From Ginglymostoma cirratum (lineage: Eukaryota), in the NCBI GenBank assembly GCA_024137785.1, contig JAHRHZ010000019.1, positions 26,034,327 through 26,098,326 on the forward strand: DNA of 64,000 bases, written 5' to 3'. A program made the position numbers and the translations under genes. Positions within the stretch are counted from its first letter, which is position 1; each line of letters begins with the position of its first letter. Below, in pieces: positions 1-12,339 of the stretch. The notes under the pieces are model-generated. The model ran no database searches, was not told the DNA's origin, and was given only the letters and a program-made list of their open reading frames with translations.

Positions 1-109
1 ATCAAACTTTCCATCCCCTTCACTACCCTTGGAGTTCTGGCTTTAGTTCCAATACATTCTTGGAATGGATCTACCCTTACCTGAATAATCTTCTTGTGAA
101 GAAAGATCT

Positions 110-360
110 TAAATAGGGGCTATAACAGGTGCTAGAAATTCCAATCGGGAATTCAAAAGAAACTTAAGGGGATTGAACTCACTACAACAGGAGATGGTTG
201 TAGCAAATTTTGAAGTCCATTTAAGAACAAACTAAACAAGCATGTGAGGGAGAAGAGAATAGGGAGTTTGACAATCAATTTACATGAGGAAAGATGGGAG
301 AATGTTCATGTGGAGCATAAGCACTGACATGGACTGGTAACTGTACATGGACTGAATTGT
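110..360 (+). mobile_element. Degenerate 3' end of a CR1-type LINE
   Basis: gtggagcataagcactgacatggactgg and the preceding catttaagaacaaactaaacaagcatgtgagggagaag resemble chondrichthyan CR1 3' UTRs; a similar tail occurs near 30060. Confidence 0.5.
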
Positions 361-904
361 CAAAAAAGGTGGTTGTAATATATTTTTCTCTATTTTGAAC
401 ATTGATATGCTGTAGTTCTGACATTAGTAACTATTGAACACAATGAAGTCCTGTTATTGACGAACTTCAAAATTATTTGTAGCAAGACCCTTGCAGGAAC
501 TCTGGGTTTGCATCATGTCAGCTAGAGCCATATTTTAATAATTTTTATGGAAAAAATAACTGACTCTCCAACAGACACAGCTGAGCTGCATTTAGCCATA
601 AATGTTATGAACCTGTTTATTTTCTAAACAATATCAGCATGTGGATACATGTTTATTCTTAAATCTGGAACCGTTTTGTCTATTGGGGAAATAACTGTTT
701 CATTGATCAATGGAGCTATAGATATAAATCAATATTTGTGTTTTGACTATCATGATGTACTATTGACATCACTTCAAATGAGATTCATCTTGGATATTTC
801 TTGAATTATATTAAAAATTACAAGTAATTTACACTGTGAATGACATATTGCATGTGAACTTAAGAAAACATGGAGTGCAAGAAAGCAATTTGGCTTATTG
901 AGCT

Positions 905-1270
905 TGTTACAGTTTGGAGTACTTTCACCTTTGTGTCAGGAGATTATTGGTTCAAGATTAACTAATCCATATAAATCATCTGTGTGATGAAAAATTGGTG
1001 TTGCACTGTTAGAATCAAATTAAATGTACAATTAAGTCTGTATCTGCTTATTCCAGTGATTCAAGTGCACATTAAAGAGCCAGTGACACCATGATAGAAA
1101 AATTGAGAGTTCTTTGGTGTCCCACTTTGGCGTTTGCAGGATATTCCATGTGGAATCTTTCCTTTTATAAAATTATTCCTGTAGCTGTGTCCTCATAATA
1201 ACATTGAATATGTTTACAAGCATGTCACTCAATAGATGTGACTTCAGATTTATCTGAGATATTAGGTCTG
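905..1270 (+). mobile_element. Highly eroded Deu-domain SINE remnant
   Basis: B-box-like ggttcaag, then gttgcactgttaga and gagagttctttggtgtcc, in the same order as in the better copy at 27928. Confidence 0.3.
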
Positions 1271-2199
1271 ATAGATGTGTCTGCTTTTCCCTTTCCAACC
1301 TATTGCTTTGGCTTACAGTCCATTCTATCATGGGAACTGTACAATCCATTCATTTCTCTGAGGTAAGATTATGTAGAATCTTCTTACTTAGAAATAAAAA
1401 AACAAAAAAAAACCTGTAAAATATTTACAATTATTACAGCCTATATTTCACACACAATTATTGCTTTTTTTTTCTAACCATCTCTTTTCCATCAGGAACT
1501 ACCAATCTTTATATGCTAATAAATTCATTTTACCACTATTGATAACCCTCAATTCAATCCCAAATAAGAAATTCTTCCAGCTCTATTCATTAAATGCCTC
1601 AAGCAACGCATCATTATATATTTTTGTCTGTATTCCATTCCATATCAAGACATTAATAGTTGCCACATCAATCACTAAATGAACAGAGCTTAAAAGAGTA
1701 AACCCAGTTTTATGTCAACATATTTTTCTAGAGCAGTATGTATATTGATAACTGTTGTATGGTAATTCCATGGTCTTTCCTTGGGTATAATAATATATTT
1801 ATTTCATAATTAATTACAAATTACAATAATTAACATTTTGGTGAAAGAATGTAAACTGATATACATTTCAATATCAAGAACATTAACATCATAAAATATG
1901 ACATAAATATTTCTCTGTGTGCCTATTATATTCACTTTTCCACTTTGCTCAATAAACAGAAACAAGAAAGAAAATTACAGGAAAGGCAAAACAAAGAAAC
2001 AGCAGCCATTCAGCTTTATCCCATAATTGGTCCAGCATCCTCAATTATTGTTCTGTTCATCTAGAAATGAAATTGGGTCCTGGACAATGTCATCAAGATG
2101 ACTAGCAGCTCTTCTTCTTACCTTTCTCCTTTAAGAATACTTCGTATTTGCCAGAAATCTGGTCGCCCAGCTCTACTGTTCATAATAAAATTTCAGTCA

Positions 2200-3526
2200 G
2201 ATCCATCTTCAGGAAAGAAGTCAATATTTACTGAATGAGAATCCCATTGAAAAGAAAGGATTCTAGGGAGTAATAATCCAACCACGGTTAACCAAAGATG
2301 TTAAGAATAGCATCAAATTTAATAAAACACATACAATGGGACAAAGATTAGAAATAGGATAGAGTATTGGGAAAGTTTAAGAAACCAACAAAAGATTCCC
2401 AAAAAACGAGGAAGAGGAAAGTAAATGTTGAGAGTAAACGTGCAAGTAATATCAAGGCAGGCAACAGGAGCTTCTTCAAATAAAATGAAAGAGAGAGGCC
2501 AAAGTGAACATAGACTCCTTAGAAAATGAGGCTGAGGAAATAATAATAGAGAACCTGCAAATAGAAGAGAAGTAGAACAAATAATTTGCTTTAGTATTCA
2601 TGGTAAAAGACACCAGTAGTGTTCCAAAGATACTAAATAATCAAGGGGCAAAGAGGGAGAGGAAATAAATGCAATAGCTATCACTGGAGAAAAAGTATTC
2701 AGAAAACTAATGGGGCTAAAGACCGATAAGTCCCTTTGATCTGATGGGATGTATCCTAGGATATTAAAAGAAGTAGTTTCAGGAATGGCAGAGATACTGG
2801 CTGTAATCTTCCAAGAATCTTTTGATTCTGGAAAAGTGTTGGAGAATTAGAAAACTGCCAATTATTTTATTCACATTGTAACTAATCAAAAATTGAAAGA
2901 CAAAGGAAAAGGTAACCATACACCGGTTAGCTTAACATCTATTATGGGAAATGTACGAGTCTATTATAAATTATGTAGTAGCAGAGTATTTAGAAAAACA
3001 TAAAGAAGCAAGCAGAGTTGGTATGACCTCATGAAGGGGAAATCATGCTTGACAAATTTATTACAATTCTTTGAGGAGGTGACAAGTGGATAGATGATGG
3101 GTAAGTAATGGGTATTTCAATTTCCAGGAGACGTTAGGTAAGGCACATGTTAGGCCACCTAAAAAGATAACAGCACATAGTGTTGGAGATAGTATCTCAG
3201 CATGGATAGAGACTGGCTAACAATAAAAACAGAGTGTTGGGATAAGGGATGAGGGGCATTTCCAGGATAACAACCTGTAACTAATGGAGTATTATGGAAT
3301 CAGTGCTGAAGCTGTAATTATTTACAATATACCTTAATGATTTGGATGAGGAAAGTAAATGCGTACAAGCTAAGTTTACAGATGTCACAATGAGTCTACA
3401 GAGGGATATAAAAGGTCAAGTGAATGGGCCATAGCTTAGCAGTTGGAACGTAATATGGGAAAATGTGACGTTATGCAGTTTGGCAGGAAGATTGGAAGAG
3501 CCAAATATTATTTAACAGGAGAAAGA
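2200..3526 (+). mobile_element. CR1 LINE ORF2 fragment, frameshifted
   Basis: Translates to PRLTK (PWLTK-like) and KSCLTNLLQFFEEVT at about 3040-3085; ORF 3443 gives KCDVMQFGRK; all typical of CR1 reverse transcriptase. Confidence 0.85.
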
Positions 3527-5640
3527 AACATAGAAGATAGGAGCAGGATTAGGCCCCTTGAAGCTGTTCCGCCATTCAACATGATGAAGGCTGATCATCA
3601 AGGTAATTCCACACTTCCCACATATCCTCTGATCCCTTTAGCCGCAACTGCAGTATCTGCCTACTTATTGAAAAACACAATGTTCTGGCCTCAACCACTC
3701 TCTGCGTGAAGAAATTTCTCCTCATCTCAGTCGTAAAAGGCTTACCCAATATCCTTAAACTATAACCTCTGGTTCTGGACTCTCCCACCATCAGGAACAT
3801 CTTTCCTACATCTAACCTATCTAGTCCTGTTACAATTTTATAGGTTTCAATTAGATACCCGTCATTCTTCTAAGCTCCAAGGAATACAATCCTAACTGAC
3901 TCAATCTCATCTCATACATCAGTCCTGCCATCACAGGAATCAATATGGTAAACCTTAACTGCTTACTCTCTATTACCAAGGAATCCCTCTTGAGATCAGG
4001 AGACCAAAACTGGACATAATATCCCAGCTGGGGCCTCACCAGTGCCTTGTATATTTGCAAAGACATCCTTGTTCTTGTAATCTAACCTTCCCATTATTGT
4101 TTTCTTTAGTGCCTACTGCACCTGCACACTTACTCTCAGCAACTGGTACACAAGGACACCCAGATTTCATTGAGCATTCCATTCTCCCAATTTACAGCCA
4201 TTCAAACAACAACTTTCCTATTTTTGCTGCCAAAGTAGATAACATCGCATTTATCCACGTTATATTACATCAGCCATGTATTTGCTTACTCAGTCAACCA
4301 GTCCAAATTGCACTGCTAATGCAGCCTCCTCAGAGTTCACCCTTCCACCCAGCTTTGTGTCAACTGCAAATTTTGAGGTATTGTATTTAGTTCCCTCATC
4401 TAGATCATTAATACATTCTGTGAATAGCTCAAGTCCGAGTACTGATCCCTTCAGTAGCCTACTAGTCACTACCTGTCATTCAGAAAAAGACCATTTTATT
4501 CTGTTGTTTCCTGTCTGCTTACCAATCTTCTATCCATCTCAATACACTACCGCTAATTTCACGTACTTTAATTTTGCACATTAATCTCTTACGTGGGACT
4601 TCATTGAAAGCCTTCTGCAAGTCCAAATAAATCATGTCTACTGGCTCCCCCTGATCAATTCTACTGATTACATTGTTGAAGAATTTCCCTTTTGTAAATT
4701 AATGCTGACTGTGTATGATTCTGCCACTGTTTTCTAAGTGCTTTGTTATGAAACCCTTGTTAATGGATTCCATCATCTTCCCCATTACTGATGTTAGACT
4801 GACTGGTTTCTAGTAAGTAGAGTTAATATCTCAGGTACTGTATCCCTTCTTCAAAACTTTTGAACTCTGCTTTTTCGCCACAGATGTTGCCAGACCTCCT
4901 CAGGTTCTCCAGCAATTTCTGTTTTTGTTTCTGATTTCTAACATTTGCAGTTCTTTGTTTTATTTCACCAGTAATTAATTTTGTTTTCTCTCTACCTCCT
5001 GTTTTAAACAGAGGGGTTACATCAGTTAGCCTCCAAACAAAGGAACTGTTCCAGTGTCCAAAGAATCTTGGGAGATGATCACTAATACATCCATTATTTC
5101 TAGGGCCACTTCCTCAAGTACTCTGGGAAGTAGATCATCAGGCCCTGGGGATGTATCAGCCTCCAATACCATTTCTCCATCACCGTTTCTCTATTAATAC
5201 AGATTTGCTTCAGCTCTACCATCTCACTCAACCCTGTGATCCCCATCATTTCTGGGATGTTATTTGTGTCCTCTTTTGTGAAGACAGAGGCAAAGTATGA
5301 ATTTAGTTTATCAGCCATTTCTTAGTTCACCATCATAAATTCCCCATTTTCTGACTGTAAGGGACCGACTTATTTTCCACTAATCTTTTTCTCTTTTCAT
5401 AAATACAGAACCTCATAAGATCAGTTCTTATGTTCCCCACAAGTTTTCTCTCGTACTCTATTTTGTCCTTCTGAACCAATCACTTGTTCCTCTATTGTTG
5501 AATCCTAAACTATTCCCAATCCCAGGTCTGTTGTTTTTTCTTGCCAATTTATATGCCTCCTTTTTTGCATCTAATACTTTCTCTAACTTCCCTCACAAAC
5601 CATAGTTTGACCACTGTTCTCTTTGCAAGCTTGCACCTCG
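3527..5640 (-). mobile_element. CR1/HER1-type LINE, 5'-truncated and degenerate, lying within the + strand CR1
   Basis: Minus-strand ORFs: MADKLNSYFASVFTKED (5100-5318), YKALVRPQLGYYVQFWSP (3851-4066), GESRTRGYSLRILGKPFTTEMRRNFFTQRVV (3576-3800); reverse 3' tail aaacatagaagataggagcagg. Confidence 0.9.
4815..4965. mobile_element. Partial copy of the Penelope-type fold-back repeat, inserted in CR1
   Basis: ccacagatgttgccagacctcctcaggttctccagcaatttctgtttttgtttctgattt matches the arms of the 30210-30453 element. Confidence 0.75.
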
Positions 5641-5782
5641 TTTTAATCAGTGAGGGAGTCAAGGGTTATGGGAAAAGGCATGGATGGACTTGAGGATTTT
5701 CAAAACAGTTATGATTTCATTGAAAAGCAGAGGCTTATGAGGCTGAATAATCGACCCCTTCTCCTACATCCTAAGGTCATAT
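5640..5782 (+). mobile_element. CR1 3' tail, possibly the end of the interrupted + strand copy
   Basis: gagggagtcaagggttatgggaaaaggca...gaggctgaataatcgaccccttctcctac is a CR1 tail pattern, complementary in type to the 3527-3650 segment. Confidence 0.65.
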
Positions 5783-5997
5783 AGTTGCTTCCTTTGAATG
5801 CCACATGAAGACAGGTACACTTCACTGTGAACAACAATGCTGTTATAAATTTTCTAAGGTATATGCAGTTACTAAAGAAACTGGCCTGTCAAAGACATAG
5901 TCTGTGGCTTGTGATTATGAAGGTGTTCAGATTTTAACAGCATGTGATTATTAAATTGCGAATCACTGATTTTTGACATTCAGCAATATTTAAGGTT

Positions 5998-6839
5998 TTG
6001 GAGTAGATTTGTAGCTCAGGTTGTGGGTGTTGACGTTGGTTGGCTCGCCGAGCTGGTTTGTTCTTCCGCAGATGCTCCGTTACCATGCTTGGTAACATCC
6101 TCGGTGCAGCCTATGATGAAGCGTCTGTGTGTTTTCCCACCTGGTTCAAGGATAATGCATATCCAAAGAACTGGGTCAGGAGATGCCTACAGGCACAGCA
6201 TCAGAAAGATTCTACATGCCCCGACACACTCATCACACTACCCTACATCAGGAACACGTCACAACTCACCACAAGACTTCTACGACCGCTGGGCATCAAA
6301 GTGGCACACAAACCCAAATCAACCTAACGACAAGTGCTCACCCGAACTAAAGACCCACTCCCTGCCATGGACAGGACCAATGTCATCTACAAGATTCCCT
6401 GCAGAGACTGTGAGAAACACTACATCGGATAAACAGGAAGGAAACTAACAACGAGAGTACATGAACACCAACTGGCTACAAAAAGACAAGACCAATACTC
6501 ACTCATCTCAATCCACATGGACAAGGAGAACCACGACTTCGACTGGGACAACACCAAGATCCTGGGACAGGCTAGGCAGAGGCAAGCACAAGAATTCCTG
6601 GAAGCATGGCATTCTACCAAGCAGGCTATTAATAAACACATTGAACTCGACCCCATATACATTCCACTACAGAGGAAACCCGGAAGTGAGGCAATCCATC
6701 GCAAGGGACCCCAGAGTTTAAAAACCAGGCAGGAAAACACACCAAAGCTTCATCAGAGGCTGCACTGAGGATGTTAGCAAGCATGGTAACGAAACAGCTG
6801 CGGAACAACAAACCAGCTCGGCGAGCCAACCAACCTCAA
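5998..6839 (+). mobile_element. Penelope-like (Poseidon-type) retroelement fragment: RT C-terminus plus GIY-YIG endonuclease, with inverted terminal repeat
   Basis: ITLPYIRNTSQLTTRLLRPLGIKVAHKP then NVIYKIPCRDCEKHYIG*TGRKLTTRVHEH and HDFDWDNTKIL...EFLEAWHS; about 6035-6147 is the reverse complement of about 6723-6839. Confidence 0.9.
6762..6801 (+). ncRNA. Minimal hammerhead ribozyme-like motif in the Penelope terminal repeat, degenerate
   Basis: GCA-CTGAGGA-T-GTTAGCA-AGCA-TGGTAAC-GAAA-CAGC-TGC gives a CUGANGA core, stem II, GAAA and stem I GCA/TGC; the inverted copy near 6068-6107 has a perfect GTTACCA/TGGTAAC stem. Confidence 0.65.
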
Positions 6840-7009
6840 TTCAGTAATATTTTCTGGCTATGTGGCTCAAAGGAATGGTGAATTCAGAAGTGACAATCAC
6901 AAGTGTGCAAATAGTACAATACTGACACAATCATTGCTGTAAAACATAAAGACACTTTGAAGCTTTGACCCAGTAGGGTTATTCAGAATGTGATCAATCA
7001 GAGTAAATA

Positions 7010-7160
7010 TCAGCTTATAAATCCTTCCTTCCTACTTGGTGACAGTTGGTAAGAGTGGGAGAGTTTCCTGATCAGCCTTCCTACAGAAGGCAATGGCAAA
7101 CCAAGCATAATCATGACCAGTTCAATGGAGTTCCAAGGATGCCAATACCTCCTGAAGACA
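7010..7160 (+). mobile_element. Possible ancient RTE-related SINE remnant
   Basis: gaaggcaatggcaaacca motif resembles RTE/BovB-derived sequence; this short motif is the only support. Confidence 0.25.
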
Positions 7161-8259
7161 ATAATAATTGCAATAGCATCATATGCTTTGTTTGTCAATA
7201 CTTTTTTTATATTCCAATCTTTGTGTTACTGGGCTACTGAATTTATTTGGAGAGATCTTCAGGATGATGGACTGTTGTAAATTTTTCCAACAGGCTATTC
7301 TGATTCACCTCTCTCACATTAATGTATCAGAATCCTACTGATTCTCACAACCCTCTTTCATGTGGGAAGGCACGAACTCAATTTGTCGCCTCATCACAAA
7401 GATGGATGTCAGACCATAATGTGCATCTCTGGGCCAAGAAAAGGAAACATGTCGAGCGCCTAACAACGATCCCGGGAACCTTACTGAGTACATACGCAGC
7501 TGTTTGTGCACGTGTGAATGTGTATGTTTGTGTTTATCTGAAAGGGAAGCAGTCTAGTATTTGATGCCTTTCTATGATCAAATAGCTGCCACTCTATTTA
7601 ATCGCAAAGAATAAGTGAGGCCCCTTAGGCAGTTAATGCCTATGCAGTCGATTCCTTTTGGAGAGAAGTTTTTTTTTGTAAAAAGGAATCTGACACATCT
7701 GGAGCTGGTAAAAACGCATAATAGCTTCTTTAACTCATGTTTTAACCAGTGAAAAGGACTTCATAGATCAGTTCGGAGCCGCCGCAGTTTAAGGTGCAAA
7801 TAACAACTATGTTTTTGCTGTGAAATGTCATTATAAACCGTGCGACCGCACTGAGTACAAAACTGTGTGTGGTATTGCTAGTGAAGGGACGAGTCTGCAA
7901 CCTTGCTCCTCTTGTATATTATATGCAACCCTTTCAACATGCTTATTTGATCAAATGTGAAGGACTTGACAGCTAGGTCTATTCTGCCCTGTACATGCTC
8001 ACATTGGCGTCTGTCAAAGATCTTTTGAAATGCTCCCAAGTGATTGTGCTGGAAGAGGGCAGCTGTACATCACCTTGGCACTTTTGTTTTCCTGAACACG
8101 TGACAGCTGGAAGCTCAGTAATCAGTACACTTAAAACTTAAACGCAAAAACATACACACAATTTCACAAATGTAATTAAATAAACAGCTTCAGCTTACAA
8201 ATATCCCACTTCACAGTTTTGAATGGCTGCATGGTTAGTTGAAAATCTTCCAAATTGCT

Positions 8260-8600
8260 TAACCATTTTTTCCGGTTACATCTTCAAGTGTTCTTCCCGT
8301 GCTTCTTCCACTTGCATTCACTTTTCTCACATCTTTTTCTGTGTTCTACATTTACCCTCCGTTGCTCCTTCCATTGTGTCACTTTCATTATCCTGTTCCT
8401 TCACTTTCTCTTTCCTCCTGTGTCTCTTCCATTACTTTTTATCTTCCTCAGCCTCCTCCTTCTCTCTTGCTCCCTCTCCTCTGTCACACACTTAGATTTA
8501 TCCAGAATCCAGTTTCTTGTCTATGTATCTTTTCCCTCTGTCCCTCTGTTCGTTTCTTCTCTCAGCGCCGTGTCCCTTTCTTTTTCTCCGCCTATTTCAG
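8260..8600. repeat. Pyrimidine-rich low-complexity tract
   Basis: Strong C/T skew; explains the spurious F/S/L-rich ORFs in three frames. Confidence 0.7.
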
Positions 8601-10309
8601 TTTACTGTTATGACACTGAATAGCACTACCGTTTGACAACTAGTTATCGCATTGGAACTTAAAGGGAGCAGTTCAATTTATTACTCCCTAAAGGAAGCCG
8701 TAAATTATATTTCTCCGCTGGATACAATAGCAAGACCCCCGATTCGAGCGCTGAAGAGATGCTTAAATAAGCTAATGCGGCCCACTGACCTCTCCAGAAT
8801 AAGCCCGCCGCAGCCTCGGGAGCCACTCTCAGTTTATCCGTCCCCGCAATCCCCCACCCCCACCCCCATCCCTAGTGTAGACGCAGCGATAAATGGTACC
8901 ACTTCCTCTTTTACAGGTACCTACACACTGAACTCTCGGTTCTCTCCAACCAAGTGCTCCCTCCAAGACGCTAACAAACAGTTCCATTCTGAGAATGGAT
9001 CCCTCTGGGTGGGTCAAACCCACTTGATTATTTCGGTGTTTACTGCTGAGATGAGAAAAGACAGAATGATTTCCTGCGCTGAACTGTGCCGCTTGGCTAT
9101 TTTAGGCAATATCGGCAGAACATCGACGGATCTCGAAATCGCTTTTGAGTTTATTTTTCTTGGTTTATTGAATTAAGCCGTTTCTGGGATTATCTTCGTA
9201 TTTGGTCATTTTCTCTCTTTTATAATTTAGTCTTTTTTGTATTCGTGTGAAGTAATATTTCGGGAATAATTAATCAGAATCTATGTATTTTTCACGTTAA
9301 CAGGTCGGAAGTCCGGTCTAGTTAACCCGTACACATTTTATTTGGAGCTTCTCTGAAAGGGCAGATCTTCTGAAGCAGATAGTTTTACTTTGATATCTTG
9401 GTCTTCTAACATTTTTAACTCGATCCTTGGATTGATTCACTTTAATTATAAGAAACAAATAGATTTTCTATTTTCGATCTTAGCGTTAGTTTTGTTTAAA
9501 TTGCAATTTAAGAATGAAACAAGTTGGTGGGCAAAAACAGATCTCTTTTTTTGGATCAGCGTTATTTGTAAATTTTCTTGCCAAATTCTTCCTGTAAATG
9601 CATGAGAAAGACTCCGACTGAAACTGTCTCCATTTGTTCCTCAGAGCTCTGCATTTCGATGCTAAGCAGGTTATTAACCCAGCGGTCAGATGTTTTAGTC
9701 CCTCCTCCCATTATGACCACGCAAAAAGTTAAGGGTCTGAACTGACGCGAGTGATCCTGTCTGCGACAGGAAACAGGTAAAGGCTGAAAGAATTTCACCA
9801 TTCACTCATGTTCCTTTCAGCCATTGGCACTCGCAGTAAATTCAGATACATTACAGAAAAAAGTCTTGTTAGAGTAAAGCGGGAAGGCTGAAAATTGCTG
9901 CACTTTACGATTCATTCTACAATGACAGTCCTGAAAAGGGGATGCTTTCGGTTTGGTATGTCAGGCGTACAAAAATTAAAACTGTTGCATGCGCGTTCGG
10001 AAACCGATACTTAACAACGAAATAATTCAAATGGGTACTCTAACAGGGAGTCTTGACTCCAAATATTCATATTTACAATCAAAGGAGATCGTAATCATTT
10101 TAATTTGCTGTCAAGCAATCATGCAATCCTGATGACTTCCGTTTGTGTTACTTTTGGAACAATTACCATCTTAGTAACGTGTAAACTCTACAGCTCTGAG
10201 TCATCATCTTTGAGAAACATGGAGTAAACGTCATAACCTACTTTGAATACATACTATGAAGCAATAATCCCCGATTTGTCATATTTTCAAATCGTCTACA
10301 GGATAACCT

Positions 10310-10640
10310 CTGTATTTGATCACCCTAAAAACACAACCAATTTGTCGACAACAAGCTTCCTATATTGGCAATTAAATGAATAACTACACCTCTTGTTTTT
10401 ACGTGTTGGTTTAAGGGGTAAATATTGGCAGGCCCATTAGCACGTCAGTAACAGTGCCTATGGATATTTGACTTTCACCTGAGAAGGTAAACTGGACCTC
10501 TCTGTTCAATCTCACCAGAATGATGGCATTTCCCACAGTCCAGCACTGCCTCACAGAACTGCCAGGTTTTGTGCTCAAATCTCCAGGGTGAGTCTTGAAT
10601 CAATATCCTTCGAACACAAAGATGAGAATGTTATCCATGA
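10310..10640 (-). mobile_element. Deu-domain (SacSINE1-like) tRNA-derived SINE
   Basis: Reverse complement has gattcaagactcaccctggagatttgagcacaaaa, gcagtgctggactgtggga, ctcaggtgaag, ccaatatttacccc and caaattggttg, collinear with the 27928 copy. Confidence 0.7.
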
Positions 10641-11029
10641 GAAGGATGACAATAATTTTATTTACTGAGAGTGGGAGGGATAAGGAGGTTGTTAATTCTA
10701 AAGACTAAGCCAGGTCCTGCTTTGAATTTATTTTCCTATCTTACACAAACCTTTGGGGACAGAAAAGGGACAGATATTACGTAGTTCTAAGACCAGAAAA
10801 CTAGTTCCAATAACAAGAAGAATTAAACTAGAATTAAGCTCAGAATTAGCTAGAATGAAAGCTCATGAAACCGAGTGCAACTTATTGATCTGGTTGGGTA
10901 ACTCGGAAGACACTAATAGGAGTAATAATTATGGACTCTAATTGGAAAGGAATAACTTGTGAAGTCTTACAAGGACCTCAACTTTTCATTATATTTATTG
11001 ATGCATTTGATAACACAATAGAAACTCAT

Positions 11030-11150
11030 AGAAAATATTCAAATGCTGGAAATCAGAAATAAAATTTGAAAATGTTGGAAATACTCAGTAGTCATAAGTG
11101 AGGAGCAATAAAGTTAATATTTCAAGTTGAGCTCTAACTTTGTTGCTCAC
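11030..11150. mobile_element. Eroded arm of the Penelope-type fold-back repeat
   Basis: aaatgctggaaatcagaaataaaatttgaaaatgttggaaatactcag matches the left arm of 30210-30453. Confidence 0.6.
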
Positions 11151-11509
11151 TATATATCCAAATGTGTTGATGACACAAGGATAGTAGATAATACATGCAG
11201 AAGAATACAATTACAAGAAAAATTGTTTTGTTATACAAATGTAAACATTAATGGTGGGTCAGGGGCAATTTCACCGCAAGCATGAGGTCATCCATTTTTA
11301 TAAGAAAAAAATCTATATAGCAGTTAAATGGTGAAAATCTGGCAATAGTGGAGTTCTAAAGTGATTTATGGCTGCATAAATAGACCACTAAAATTCATAA
11401 ATTGGGTACAAAAATAATCAAAAAGCTAATGGAGTGTCAGCTTTCATAACTGGGGTGTTAGAATATAGCGGGATACAAGTTTTTCTGTAGCTTTATAAAC
11501 CTATAATGG

Positions 11510-11677
11510 ATATCATTACAATGTTTAAAAGACATTTGGTTGGATATATGAATAGGAAAGGTTTGGAGGGATATGGGTTAGGAGCAGGCAGGTGGGACTA
11601 GTTTAGTTTGGGATTACGTTCAGCATAGACTGGTTGGACCGAAGGGTCTGTTCCTGTGCTTTATGACTCTATGACTC
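11510..11677 (+). mobile_element. HER1/CR1 3' tail insertion
   Basis: tttaaaagacatttgg...ggttggaccgaagggtctgttcctgtgctttatgactctatgactct, ending in the short tandem tail typical of CR1. Confidence 0.8.
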
Positions 11678-12184
11678 TGGTTACTCCACATTTGGACTAC
11701 GTTGTACAATTGTACTACTGGACACCATACTTTAGATGTCATATTTTGGCCTTGAAAGGAATGCAACATGGACTAACGAGAAAGTGGCTAGGTTTAAATT
11801 ATCACATATATACTATGAAGAAAAAATATATAAACCAAGCTTGTATCCAATGGAATAAAGAATAATGGGGATAATTTGATTGAGGCTATAGTACTTTGAA
11901 TGAAATTGACAGGATATAATTACAGCAATCCTCTTCTACTGGTAGGAGAATCTAGGACAAGGGACAAAACCATAAAATTCAAGCCAGGCCTTCAGCAGAA
12001 AAGTTTGTTCACATGATGTGTGATAGATGTCTGGAACTCTCTGCAACAAAAAGCAATAGATGATAGTTCAATTAATCATTTTAAACTGTAATTATAGATT
12101 TTTGCTCTACAATCATTTAAAAAGAAATTGATCATAAGAAATGATTGAGGTTAAGATACAAATCATCCATTGGCTCATTACAGT

Positions 12185-12295
12185 TCCTGCAGTGCTGTAT
12201 TAGTGTCCTTACCTCTAGGCCAGGAGGGTGAGTTGAAGTCCCAACTGCTTCACAGATGTGTAATAATACCTCTGAACAGGTTGAATAGAAAATGT
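12185..12295 (+). mobile_element. Short tRNA-derived SINE-like element
   Basis: tagtgtccttacctctaggccaggagggtgagttgaagtccc has tRNA-head spacing with a degenerate B box. Confidence 0.5.
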
Positions 12296-12339
12296 ATCAA
12301 CTAGGTCATTGAATGATGAAACAGGCTTGAGAGCTCCTT

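Noticed and set aside
8223-9176. ORFs of 90-174 aa
   Set aside because: Low-complexity pyrimidine tract or non-ATG start; no domain similarity
12185-12295. tRNA gene
   Set aside because: No complete cloverleaf; better explained as a SINE head
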